Assembly (NCBI GenBank): GCA_041656115.1
Contig: JBBAED010000002.1
Location: 82,403 to 146,402, forward strand
Origin: Dehalococcoidales bacterium
GTDB lineage: Bacteria > Chloroflexota > Dehalococcoidia > Dehalococcoidales > UBA5627
DNA length: 64,000 bases
Direction of reading: 5' to 3'
Program-made: the position numbers and the translations under genes
The notes under the pieces: model-generated
The model's database searches: none
What the model was told of the DNA's origin: nothing
The model's input: only the letters and a program-made list of their open reading frames with translations
Shown here: positions 30,452-39,783 of the stretch, piece by piece
How the letters are laid out: the number at the start of each line of letters is the position of its first letter
How positions within the stretch are numbered: the first letter of the stretch is position 1

Positions 30452-33136
30452 ATGAATAAAATTAATTCATTTTTTGACCCAAAGAGCGTTGCTCTTGTCG
30501 GGGCGTCCAACCGCCCGGGATCAATCGGAAACATCGTACTGGAAAATCTTATTCTCGGAAAAAACAAGCGTAACGTTTACCCGATTAACCCGAAATATGA
30601 AACATTGCTTGATATTAAATGCTACCCTAACCTCGCCAGCCTCCCCGAAATCCCGGAACTCGTAATTATTACCATTAACGCCGAAAACGTTCCGGCCATC
30701 GTAGAAGATTGCGCCAAGATTGGAACTAAATCGATTACAATCATTTCCGCCGGATTCAAAGAAGCCGGGGAAGCCGGAAATAAACGCCTTGATAAAATCA
30801 TGGAGATTTGCAAAAACAACGGAATTCGCCTTTTAGGCCCCAACTGTCTGGGATCCATCCGTCCCGGAGCTGATTTTAGCGGCTCCTTTGCCCGTAAAAT
30901 ACCGAAACCCGGTAATATCGCCTTCCTTTCACAAAGCGGTGCGTTAGGAACCGCCGTTCTTGACTGGGCAATCAGCAGAGAAATCGGTTTTAGCGCATTT
31001 GTCTCGCTTGGCAGCATGATGGATGTCGATTTCGGTGACTTAATTGACTATTTCGGTGATGACCAGGAAACAAAAAGTATTATCATCTATATGGAAACAA
31101 TCGGTAATACCCTGGCAAGCGTCAAGAACTTTATGAGCGCTGCCCGCGGTTTTGCCCGTAATAAACCGATTATTGTTATTAAACCCGGTAAATTCCAGGA
31201 GAGTATTGAAGCGGCCAAATCGCATACCGGCGCACTTGTCGGCGACGATGCCTACTATGACGCGGTATTTAACAGAGCCGGTGTGGTTCGTGTTGATGAA
31301 GTCTCCGATCTGTTCAGCTGCGCTTCGCTCTTAGATTCCACGAAGCTCCCCAACGAACAAAACGTTGCCATCATTACAAACGCCGGCGGGCCTGCGGTTT
31401 TAGCAACCGATGCTCTTATCGCCAGAGGCGGTAAACTAAGTGAACTTTCTCCCGAAACGATTAAGGCATTAAATGAGGTTATGCCTACTTTCTGGAGTAA
31501 AGCGAACCCGATTGATATTCTCGGAGACGCCGACGCCGAAAGATATACCAAAGCGATTGAAATTGCGCTTAAAGACCCCGGTATCAGCGGTATCGTTGTT
31601 ATTTACACCCCGCAAGGCGCTGCCAATGCAACGGATGTCGCCAAGGGGATTGTCAAAATCTCCAAAAAGAGCCCCAAGCCGATACTGACAACAATGATGG
31701 GAAGTAAAGACGTTGCCGGAGCGCGGCAAATATTTTATGCAAACAAAATCCCGACCTTCGATTTCCCCGAAGAGGCAATGAACAGCTACCTCTATATGTA
31801 TAAATACGCACGCAACCTGGCAAGCCTTTATCAAATCCCCGAAGATATTCCGTTTGATGTGGGAATCGCCAAAAATCACTTAAAGACGATTATCAATAAC
31901 GCCATCAGTAAAGGCGAAACATTATTAAACGAAGAAGACTCCAAAAAGTTTTTAAATACCTATCGGATTGGAGTCAGCTATCCGTTCTTTGCCGAAAATA
32001 TCGAACTGGCGGTTGCCACGGCAGACTCCGTCGGCTACCCGATAGTTATGAAAATACAATCGCCCGATATTTCTCACAAATCCGATGTCGGCGGTGTAGT
32101 CTTAAATATTGAAAACGCGAAACAACTCCGCCAAGCATACGCGGAGATGATGGAAACCGTTAAAAAGAGCGCCCCGAAAGCCAAAATCGAAGGGGTTACA
32201 ATCCAGAATATGGTTGGCAAATACGATTACGAGCTTATAATCGGCAGCAAAAAAGATGCCGCCCTCGGTAACGTAATCGTTTTCGGGCAAGGCGGTACGG
32301 AAGCCGAATATCACAAAGATATCGCTATCGGGTTGCCTCCGTTAAATCAAGCTTTAGCCAGAAGACTGATTGAAGAAACAAAAATCTACTCGTCATTATC
32401 CAAAGGGTTTAGAAACAAGCCGCCGGTAGATTTACGACTGCTTGATGCAACCTTAATCAGGGTGTCCAATATGATTGTTGATTTCCCTGAAATTGCCGAA
32501 CTTGATATCAATCCGTTGGTTGTCAGCGATGGCAAAGTTATTGCGTTGGATGCGCGCATCGTGTTGGATAAAGAAGCTATTAAAAAATCCGATGATGAAG
32601 CATCGCATCTTATTATAACCCCCTACCCGACCCGTTATATCCAAACATGGACTTGCCATGACGAGAAACAAGTCTTGCTGCGCCCGATACGCCCGGAGGA
32701 CGAGCCTTTAGAATATGCGCTGCTTAACGGTTTGTCGGAACAATCCAAAAAATTCAGATTCTTCCATCCGATTAATGAATTTACGCACGATATGCTCAGC
32801 CGTTTCTGCAATATAGATTACGACCGGGAAATTGCGATGGTTGCGGAATTCAACGGCTCGGGCAAAAAACAAATCGTCGGGGTAAGCCGATTGATTATAG
32901 AAGCCGGAAAAGAAGTCGGAGAGTTCGCCACCGTAATCGCTGACGAATTCCAGGACATTTGGCTGGGACACAAGCTCACCGATATGCTAATCGGTATTGC
33001 GCGTGAAAAGAAGCTCAAATCAATCTACGGCATTATCCTGCAAGACAATATTAAGATGATTAACCTGGTACGCAACCTCGGTTTCCGCCTGGTAAGCGTA
33101 TCCGATAATGAATTAAAAGCCGTTATGGAATTATAG
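30452..33136 (+). CDS. Pat-like protein: ADP-forming acyl-CoA synthetase (alpha + beta/ATP-grasp domains) fused to a C-terminal GNAT domain
   Basis: 894 aa. CoA-binding N-terminus (SVALVGASNRPGSIG). Succinyl-CoA-synthetase-like flavodoxin domains (LLGPNCLG, SQSGALG, histidine loop SHTGAL). ATP-grasp (GYPIVMKIQSPDISHKSDVGGV). GNAT at about 735-890. Confidence 0.85.
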   Translation: MNKINSFFDPKSVALVGASNRPGSIGNIVLENLILGKNKRNVYPINPKYETLLDIKCYPNLASLPEIPELVIITINAENVPAIVEDCAKIGTKSITIISAGFKEAGEAGNKRLDKIMEICKNNGIRLLGPNCLGSIRPGADFSGSFARKIPKPGNIAFLSQSGALGTAVLDWAISREIGFSAFVSLGSMMDVDFGDLIDYFGDDQETKSIIIYMETIGNTLASVKNFMSAARGFARNKPIIVIKPGKFQESIEAAKSHTGALVGDDAYYDAVFNRAGVVRVDEVSDLFSCASLLDSTKLPNEQNVAIITNAGGPAVLATDALIARGGKLSELSPETIKALNEVMPTFWSKANPIDILGDADAERYTKAIEIALKDPGISGIVVIYTPQGAANATDVAKGIVKISKKSPKPILTTMMGSKDVAGARQIFYANKIPTFDFPEEAMNSYLYMYKYARNLASLYQIPEDIPFDVGIAKNHLKTIINNAISKGETLLNEEDSKKFLNTYRIGVSYPFFAENIELAVATADSVGYPIVMKIQSPDISHKSDVGGVVLNIENAKQLRQAYAEMMETVKKSAPKAKIEGVTIQNMVGKYDYELIIGSKKDAALGNVIVFGQGGTEAEYHKDIAIGLPPLNQALARRLIEETKIYSSLSKGFRNKPPVDLRLLDATLIRVSNMIVDFPEIAELDINPLVVSDGKVIALDARIVLDKEAIKKSDDEASHLIITPYPTRYIQTWTCHDEKQVLLRPIRPEDEPLEYALLNGLSEQSKKFRFFHPINEFTHDMLSRFCNIDYDREIAMVAEFNGSGKKQIVGVSRLIIEAGKEVGEFATVIADEFQDIWLGHKLTDMLIGIAREKKLKSIYGIILQDNIKMINLVRNLGFRLVSVSDNELKAVMEL

Positions 33137-33176
33137 CCGATAATTTTTAACTAATCCCTTCAGACGAAGGCAAAAA

Positions 33177-33218
33177 GGCCACATGGGAGAATCCACTCTT
33201 GTGTGGCCTTTGGTTTTT
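33177..33218 (+). terminator. Intrinsic terminator after the pat-like gene
   Basis: GGCCACA-tgggagaatccactctt-gTGTGGCC followed by TTTGGTTTTT. Confidence 0.6.
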
Positions 33219-33404
33219 CGGAGGAGATTGCGCAATTTTAAAAAAATGAGAACTATTTTGCGTTATTTTGGTTACGTACCGCTCTATATTTGTTATAATA
33301 CGGACATACCGATAAAGATATGTAACATGCCGAGATGTTGGCGATATGATGGAAATTGTTCCTGATGATAAATCCGAAGAAATTTTCAACCCGGCGGTGA
33401 TAAC

Positions 33405-35951
33405 ATGAGTGCTAAAGAAGCAAAAGCAAGGATTAAAATAAATAAACTGCTTGAAGAAGCAGGCTGGCGGTTTTTTGATACCGATGGCAAACCCGCTAAT
33501 ATTCAGGTTGAACCCAACGTAAAAATTTCCGAGCAGCAAGTAGACTCAATGGGAGAAGACTTTGATAAAGTCAAAAACGGATTTATCGATTTTTTATTGC
33601 TTGATGAAAAAGGTTTCCCCTTAATAGTTCTTGAAGCTAAATCCGAAGAAAAGAACCCGCTTGTCGGAAAAGAACAAGCCAGAAAATATGCCAAATCCCA
33701 GAACTGCCGTTTTGTGTTGCTTTCCAACGGTAACTTACATTACTTTTGGGATTTGGAACGCGGTAATCCGTATATCATTACAAAATTTCCGGAAGCAACT
33801 TCGTTAAAAAGTTATTTTAAAACAAAACCCAACCCGCTAAGCCTTATTGATGAAACGGTTGACAGGGATTATATTACTTTAACGCAAATGCCCTCATATG
33901 CGGTAAATGCCGGTTATAAAAACGAAGAGTTACGCCAAGAATTTATTGATAAAAACAAATTACGGTTTTTAAGGGAATACCAATTAAACGCGGTTAAGGC
34001 AATCCAGAAATCAGTCGGTCGCGGAAACGACAGGTTTTTACTTGAAATGGCCACAGGTACAGGCAAAACTCTGGTTGCCGCCGCAGTAATAAAGCTTTTT
34101 TTGAAAACGCAAAATGCCAACAGGGTTTTATTTTTGGTTGACCGCCTCGAATTGGAAGACCAGGCAAATAAATCGTTTACACTGCTCTTAAAAAATGATT
34201 ATAAGAGCGTTATTTATAAAGAAAACCGTGATGACTGGCGAAAAGCGGAGATTGTTGTATCAACGGTACAATCTTTGTTGTTCGATAATAAATATCGGAA
34301 GCTGTTTTCGCCTACCGATTTTGATTTTATAATATCGGATGAAGCGCATCGTTCCATCGGCGGTAATGCCAGAGCCGTATTCGAATACTTTATCGGCTAT
34401 AAGTTAGGCCTAACCGCAACCCCGAAAGATTACCTCAAAAAAATTGATACGGATAGCGCCAATATAAAAAACCCGCGTGAGCTGGAGCGGCGGATATTAC
34501 TGGATACCTATCGTACTTTTGGGTGTGAAGACGGGCAGCCAACCTATCGTTATTCATTGATTGATGGGGTAAAAGACGGATATCTGGTTAACCCCGTCAT
34601 TATTGATGCCAGAAGTGAAATTACAACGGAATTATTGTCCAAACAGGGTTATGCCGTTCTTACAACGAATGAAGATAATCAAGATACGGAACAAACATAT
34701 TTTCAGAGTGATTTTGAAAAGAAATTCTTTTCCGAGGCCACCAATGCCGTTTTTTGTAAAACATTTTTAGAAGGTGCGGAAAAAGACCCCATCAGCGGAG
34801 AAATCGGTAAAACCATTGTCTTTGCTGTCAGCCAAAATCATGCCGCCAAACTCACTCAAATCCTAAATGAAATGGCGGATAGGATGTTTCCGGGTAAATA
34901 TAATTCCGATTTTGCGATACAGGTTACATCTCAGATAGCGGATGCGCAACAATTTTCAATAAACTTTGCCAACAATAACCTTAGCGGTTCGGGAAACTTT
35001 ATCCCCGCCTACAAAACAAGTAAAACCCGCGTCTGTGTAACCGTCGGTATGATGACAACCGGTTACGATTGCACCGATATATTAAATATTTGCCTGATGC
35101 GGCCGATTTTTTCCCCAACCGATTTTATCCAGATAAAGGGTCGCGGAACCAGAAAACACAATTTCTTTGAACAGCTGTTTGATGAGAACCTCAAAGCCCA
35201 AATAGAAAAACCGGATAAAAAACACTTTAAAATATTTGATTTCTTTGCCAACGCCGAGTATTTTGAAGAAAAATACGATTTTAAACAGGAGCTTAAATTA
35301 CCGCCGCTGCCGGCAATCAAACCTGTTGAGTACGGCAAAGGCGAAGATCAAGTTGTTATAAGCCATTCCGCTTATGAAAATTTCGGCCCCGATTTGATTG
35401 CCAGTATTAAAGAACAGCGTATCGGGTTCGAAGGCATGAAAATCGACCGCATGTTCTTTGAAAAGTTTGAAGAAAAGGTTACCGCCGATAATTTTATTAA
35501 AGAAAATGTTGAAGCCGAAAAGTTTGATAAGGTTACAGAGTACATCAACCAACATATTATGAATAAACCGGAAGATTACTTTACAATCGAAAAACTGCGC
35601 AGGGCAGCCGGTGTGGACAGACGAATTTCAATGCGGGAAATAGTTGAAAAAGCGTTTGGACTGATACCTCATTTTAAATCTAAGGATGAGCTGTTGGAAG
35701 AAGAGTTCGGCAAGTTTGTTTCCGATTACAAGCCGGAAAACCCATCGGAAATTATGGCAATCAAATATTATTTTAAATCGTATATTTTAGATAACCGCAT
35801 ACGTGAAATAATAGAGAATAACAGTTATGGCGAGCTTAATGTTAACCCTGCTTTTAACATGAAAGATTTTAAGGCAGTCCCCGCAAAATGGCGTAAACTG
35901 ATACCGGAATATGTAAAAGACTATGTATCTTTAAACCAATTCATGGATTAA
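33405..35951 (+). CDS. hsdR: Type I restriction enzyme R subunit (HsdR) with EcoEI-type C-terminal domain
   Basis: 848 aa. The N-terminus AKARIKINKLLEEAGWRF is typical of HsdR. PD-(D/E)xK-like nuclease motif DFLLLDEKGFPLIVLEAK. SF2 helicase motifs MATGTGKT (I), SDEAHRS (II), LGLTATP (III), QIKGRGTR (VI). Confidence 0.85.
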   Translation: MSAKEAKARIKINKLLEEAGWRFFDTDGKPANIQVEPNVKISEQQVDSMGEDFDKVKNGFIDFLLLDEKGFPLIVLEAKSEEKNPLVGKEQARKYAKSQNCRFVLLSNGNLHYFWDLERGNPYIITKFPEATSLKSYFKTKPNPLSLIDETVDRDYITLTQMPSYAVNAGYKNEELRQEFIDKNKLRFLREYQLNAVKAIQKSVGRGNDRFLLEMATGTGKTLVAAAVIKLFLKTQNANRVLFLVDRLELEDQANKSFTLLLKNDYKSVIYKENRDDWRKAEIVVSTVQSLLFDNKYRKLFSPTDFDFIISDEAHRSIGGNARAVFEYFIGYKLGLTATPKDYLKKIDTDSANIKNPRELERRILLDTYRTFGCEDGQPTYRYSLIDGVKDGYLVNPVIIDARSEITTELLSKQGYAVLTTNEDNQDTEQTYFQSDFEKKFFSEATNAVFCKTFLEGAEKDPISGEIGKTIVFAVSQNHAAKLTQILNEMADRMFPGKYNSDFAIQVTSQIADAQQFSINFANNNLSGSGNFIPAYKTSKTRVCVTVGMMTTGYDCTDILNICLMRPIFSPTDFIQIKGRGTRKHNFFEQLFDENLKAQIEKPDKKHFKIFDFFANAEYFEEKYDFKQELKLPPLPAIKPVEYGKGEDQVVISHSAYENFGPDLIASIKEQRIGFEGMKIDRMFFEKFEEKVTADNFIKENVEAEKFDKVTEYINQHIMNKPEDYFTIEKLRRAAGVDRRISMREIVEKAFGLIPHFKSKDELLEEEFGKFVSDYKPENPSEIMAIKYYFKSYILDNRIREIIENNSYGELNVNPAFNMKDFKAVPAKWRKLIPEYVKDYVSLNQFMD

Positions 35952-35969
35952 CAAATGAGGTAAATTTGA

Positions 35970-38501
35970 ATGCTTGACAGTGAAACCAGACGAAGAATAG
36001 ATACGGCAAGGGATATTTTAGTCGGCAAAGTGCCCGACCCAAAATCTCAGGTAGAGCAAATTACAATTGCGCTTATCTATAAGTTTATGGATGATATGGA
36101 TGCCGAATCGGAAGAACTGGGCGGAACGCGCACCTTTTTTACCGGCGAGTTTGAAAAATACGGCTGGTCAAAGCTGATGTCACCGGCTGTCGGCGGATAT
36201 GATTTAATCAATCTCTATTCGGATGCCATTCAAAAAATGGATACCAACCCCGGCATTCCGCAGCTTTTTCGGGATATGTTTAAAAATGCCTACCTGCCCT
36301 ATCGCGACCCCGAAACATTAAAGAGCTTTTTAAAAATAATTAACGATTTTGAATACGACCATTCCGAACGCTTGGGAGATGCCTTTGAATATTTGCTATC
36401 GATTTTAGGCAGTCAGGGTGATGCCGGGCAATTCCGTACCCCGCGCCATATCATTGATTTTATGGTTGAGGTTATCGACCCCAAAAAGGATGACGTTATT
36501 ATCGACCCTGCCTGCGGTACCGCCGGTTTTCTGATTTCCGCCTATAAACATATTATCAGGTATAATTCATCCAACTTTAAGCCCGATGAATATAAAATTG
36601 AATTCGGAGGCACCAACGGTCGTTTTAAAGGCGATAAACTATCAACCGACGAACGCAAAAAATTAGCCGATAACATTAAGGGTTATGATATTTCGCCCGA
36701 TATGGTCAGGCTCTCTTTGGTCAATATGTACCTGCACGGTTTCCCCGAACCGCATATTTACGAATACGATACGCTCACCAGTGAAGAGCGCTGGAATGAG
36801 TATGCCGATGTTATAATGGCAAACCCCCCGTTTATGTCTCCGAAAGGCGGCATCAAACCGCATAAACGATTCTCAATACAGGCAAACCGCTCCGAAGTGC
36901 TTTTTGTGGATTATATTGCCGAACATTTAAAACCGAACGGCAGAGCTGCCGTAATTGTCCCCGAAGGGATTGTATTTCAAACGGCCAATGCGTACAAAAC
37001 GCTTCGAAAATACCTTGTTGACGATGGCATTCTTTTTGCTGTAATTTCATTGCCGGCAGGCGTATTTAACCCATATTCCGGCGTTAAAACAAGCATTTTG
37101 CTTTTTGATAAAACCGTAGCGAAGCAAAGGGATGAAATACTGTTTGTAAAAATCAATAACGACGGTTATAGCCTTGGCGCACAGAGAAAAGAAATCGAAG
37201 GCAGCGATATTCCGGAAGTTGTAAATATTATTAAGGATTACAAGGAAGGAAAAGACGTTCCCGATAACGCGCTCACAACAACAGCAACCAAAAAAGATAT
37301 CGCCAAACAGGATTATATTTTAGTTGGAGACAGATATAGAGAAGCTGAGGTCTCCAATGCTGATTACTCGACTGTTGGACTCGGTGAAGTTTGCGAGATA
37401 CTTGCCGGAAATTCCGCTCCACAGGATAAGGAATTATTTACAAATGGCATTTATCCCTTTTTTAGAACAGCGGATGTTGGAATGGTTCACCTTTCTGATA
37501 ATCTTGTCAGCTCAAAGGATTATTTAAATGATGCAGGAATTAGTGGATTAAAGCTATTCCCTAAAGGTACGATATTGTTTCCAAAGAGCGGAGCCTCAAC
37601 TTTTCTAAACCACCGTGCAATCTTAGGCGTCGATGGGTATGTTTCAAGCCATTTAGCTTGCATTATTTGTGATGCCAATAAAATAAATAATAAATACCTG
37701 TACCATGCCCTTACAAATATTGATGCTAGAACACTAACCGCAGACCAAGCTTATCCATCACTTAATTTGAAGCAAATAAGCGGAATAAAAATCCCCCTCC
37801 CCCCGCTACCCGTTCAGCAAGAAATCGTGGCGGAAATCGAAAGCTATCAAAAGATTATTGACGGCGCAAAACAGGTTGTGGATAACTACAAGCCTGTCAT
37901 TAAGGTTGACCCCGATTGGGAGATTGTGAAGTTAGGCGATATATGTGAACTAAACCCCAAAAAATCTGAATTAAGAGACTTATCGAGCACGACAGAAGTG
38001 TCGTTTGTTCCAATGGCCAATGTTAATGAGCACGAAATGTTCTTTTTACCCAAAGAAACAAAGCAGCTTTCAGAAGTTTATTCAGGATACACATATTTTA
38101 GGAATAATGATGTGTTGTTAGCAAAAGTGACACCTTGTTTTGAAAATGGGAAAGCCGGAATAGCAAAAAACTTGAATAACGGTGTCGGCTTTGGCTCAAG
38201 TGAATTTTATGTATTAAGAGCATTTTCAGAAACGGTCTTGCCAGACATGATTTACTACACAATTAACAGTTCTGATTTCTTGTTAAAAGGGAAGGATAAC
38301 ATGACAGGAACTGGAGGTTTGCAACGATTAACTAAAGACTTTGTCATGAATTATTTATTACGCCTACCATGCTTAGATATCCAGCAAAAAATCGTTGCTC
38401 AAATCGAAAAAGAGCAGGAGTTAGTCAATTCCAACAAACAACTAACTGAAATCTACGAACAAAAAATCAAGGATAAAATCGCCGAAGTCTGGGGCGAGTA
38501 A
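35970..38501 (+). CDS. Type I R-M methyltransferase fused to a specificity subunit (HsdM-HsdS single polypeptide)
   Basis: 843 aa. HsdM N-terminal domain. AdoMet motif I IIDPACGTAGFL and catalytic motif IV NPPFMS (N6-adenine class). From about nt 37360 there are two target-recognition domains separated and followed by conserved helical spacers (IPLPPLPVQQEIVAEIESYQKIID...; LRLPCLDIQQKIVAQIEKEQELV...). Confidence 0.85.
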   Translation: MLDSETRRRIDTARDILVGKVPDPKSQVEQITIALIYKFMDDMDAESEELGGTRTFFTGEFEKYGWSKLMSPAVGGYDLINLYSDAIQKMDTNPGIPQLFRDMFKNAYLPYRDPETLKSFLKIINDFEYDHSERLGDAFEYLLSILGSQGDAGQFRTPRHIIDFMVEVIDPKKDDVIIDPACGTAGFLISAYKHIIRYNSSNFKPDEYKIEFGGTNGRFKGDKLSTDERKKLADNIKGYDISPDMVRLSLVNMYLHGFPEPHIYEYDTLTSEERWNEYADVIMANPPFMSPKGGIKPHKRFSIQANRSEVLFVDYIAEHLKPNGRAAVIVPEGIVFQTANAYKTLRKYLVDDGILFAVISLPAGVFNPYSGVKTSILLFDKTVAKQRDEILFVKINNDGYSLGAQRKEIEGSDIPEVVNIIKDYKEGKDVPDNALTTTATKKDIAKQDYILVGDRYREAEVSNADYSTVGLGEVCEILAGNSAPQDKELFTNGIYPFFRTADVGMVHLSDNLVSSKDYLNDAGISGLKLFPKGTILFPKSGASTFLNHRAILGVDGYVSSHLACIICDANKINNKYLYHALTNIDARTLTADQAYPSLNLKQISGIKIPLPPLPVQQEIVAEIESYQKIIDGAKQVVDNYKPVIKVDPDWEIVKLGDICELNPKKSELRDLSSTTEVSFVPMANVNEHEMFFLPKETKQLSEVYSGYTYFRNNDVLLAKVTPCFENGKAGIAKNLNNGVGFGSSEFYVLRAFSETVLPDMIYYTINSSDFLLKGKDNMTGTGGLQRLTKDFVMNYLLRLPCLDIQQKIVAQIEKEQELVNSNKQLTEIYEQKIKDKIAEVWGE

Positions 38502-38525
38502 TACAAGTTTTTATCTATCCAAAAC

Positions 38526-38555
38526 AAAAAACCCTCGTTTTAGCGAGGGTTTTTC
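38526..38555. terminator. Bidirectional intrinsic terminator between hsdMS (+) and rplT (-)
   Basis: AAAAAACCCTCG-ttttag-CGAGGGTTTTT. A-run and T-run flank a GC-rich 6-bp stem, so it can work on both strands. Confidence 0.7.
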
Positions 38556-38578
38556 TAATACACCGTTTTAAAATTCTG

Positions 38579-38929
38579 TTAGGCCGGCTGAGCCATTTGA
38601 AGCAACTTCTCAAAAGCCTCGGGATCACGAACCGCCATATCGGCCAACATCTTGCGGTTAATATCAATACCGGAAGTTTTGAGCCCGTTCATAAACTGGC
38701 TGTAAGTTACCCCGTGTGCTCTGGCGGCGGCATTGATACGAGTAATCCAAAGTTTCCTCATATCACCTTTGCGGTCTCGGCGATGAATATAAGCATATCT
38801 TAACGAATGCATCATCGACTCATGAGCGCGCTTGTACAGAGAATTATAAGTTGCTCTGTGTCCCTTGGTTAAACCAAGTACTTTTTTGTGTCTTTTATGT
38901 GCGGTTACACCTGTTTTTACTCTTGGCAA
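38579..38929 (-). CDS. rplT: 50S ribosomal protein L20
   Basis: 116 aa. [18 protein letters not shown]...[18 protein letters not shown]. Confidence 0.95.
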   Translation of the reverse strand: MPRVKTGVTAHKRHKKVLGLTKGHRATYNSLYKRAHESMMHSLRYAYIHRRDRKGDMRKLWITRINAAARAHGVTYSQFMNGLKTSGIDINRKMLADMAVRDPEAFEKLLQMAQPA

Positions 38930-38947
38930 ATCACTACCCCTATCTTA

Positions 38948-39148
38948 CTATACCCCGTAAGGTATAAGCCTTTTAATTCTTTTTTTATCACTCGGATGCA
39001 GAGGAATGGTTTCATCGAACTGCATCTTCACCCTGCGAGATTTCTTACGACGCAGATGGCTCTTCATGCCCTTGGTGCGCATAATCTTACCAGTTCCGGT
39101 GATATGGAATCTGGACTTTGCTCCCTTATGTGTCTTAAGCTTTGGCAT
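38948..39148 (-). CDS. rpmI: 50S ribosomal protein L35
   Basis: 66 aa. MPKLKTHKGAKSRFHITGTGKIMR...HLRRKKS. Confidence 0.95.
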   Translation of the reverse strand: MPKLKTHKGAKSRFHITGTGKIMRTKGMKSHLRRKKSRRVKMQFDETIPLHPSDKKRIKRLIPYGV

Positions 39149-39719
39149 CTTCTTCCTGTTTCTCTTCTTCCTTTATTTTACTTTTTACGGCAGACGGCAA
39201 GGGCACTAATATCAAATGCAACCTGGCACCCTCTTTTGTCGGTTGCTTCTCAACGGAAGCAATCTCTTTTAAGGATTCAAACATTTTTTCGAGTAACCGT
39301 AAACCCAACTCGGGATGAGCGTTTTCCCGCCCGCGGAACATAACAGTCAGTTTAACTTTATCTCCGCCCTCAAGCAGCCTCTTGGCTAACCTGGCTTTTG
39401 CTTCAAAATCATGATCCCCTATTTTAGGGCGAAGCCTAACTTCCCTTAATAAAGAAAGTTTTTGTGCTTTTCTGGCCTCTCTCTCTTTTCTGGTCTGTTC
39501 ATACTTGAACTTTCCAAAATCCATAAGGCGACAAACAGGCGGGACAGCCATCGGCGCCACTTCCACGAGGTCTAAGCCCTGCTTTTTAGCAACCTCTCGC
39601 GCTTGGAATAAAGGCATAATCCCCAGCTGTTCACCCTTTTCCCCTACGAGGCGAACTTCCTTGCACTTAATTTTTTCGTTTACTCGTAACTCTTTATTTA
39701 TGTTTTTATATCCCTCCAC
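39135..39719 (-). CDS. infC: Translation initiation factor IF-3 (ORF-track GTG start; the real start is probably an in-frame ATA at 39701, see findings)
   Basis: INEKIKCKEVRLVGEKGEQLGIMPLFQAREVAKKQGLDLVEV..., plus a C-terminal domain and a Lys/Glu tail. Conserved infC-rpmI-rplT order. Confidence 0.9.
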   Translation of the reverse strand: MEGYKNINKELRVNEKIKCKEVRLVGEKGEQLGIMPLFQAREVAKKQGLDLVEVAPMAVPPVCRLMDFGKFKYEQTRKEREARKAQKLSLLREVRLRPKIGDHDFEAKARLAKRLLEGGDKVKLTVMFRGRENAHPELGLRLLEKMFESLKEIASVEKQPTKEGARLHLILVPLPSAVKSKIKEEEKQEEDAKA

Positions 39720-39783
39720 CGTTCAAATGTATACAGAAGGACTATACCACAGTAAAGCTGTTTCTTTCAAGTTTTTTTAAACT

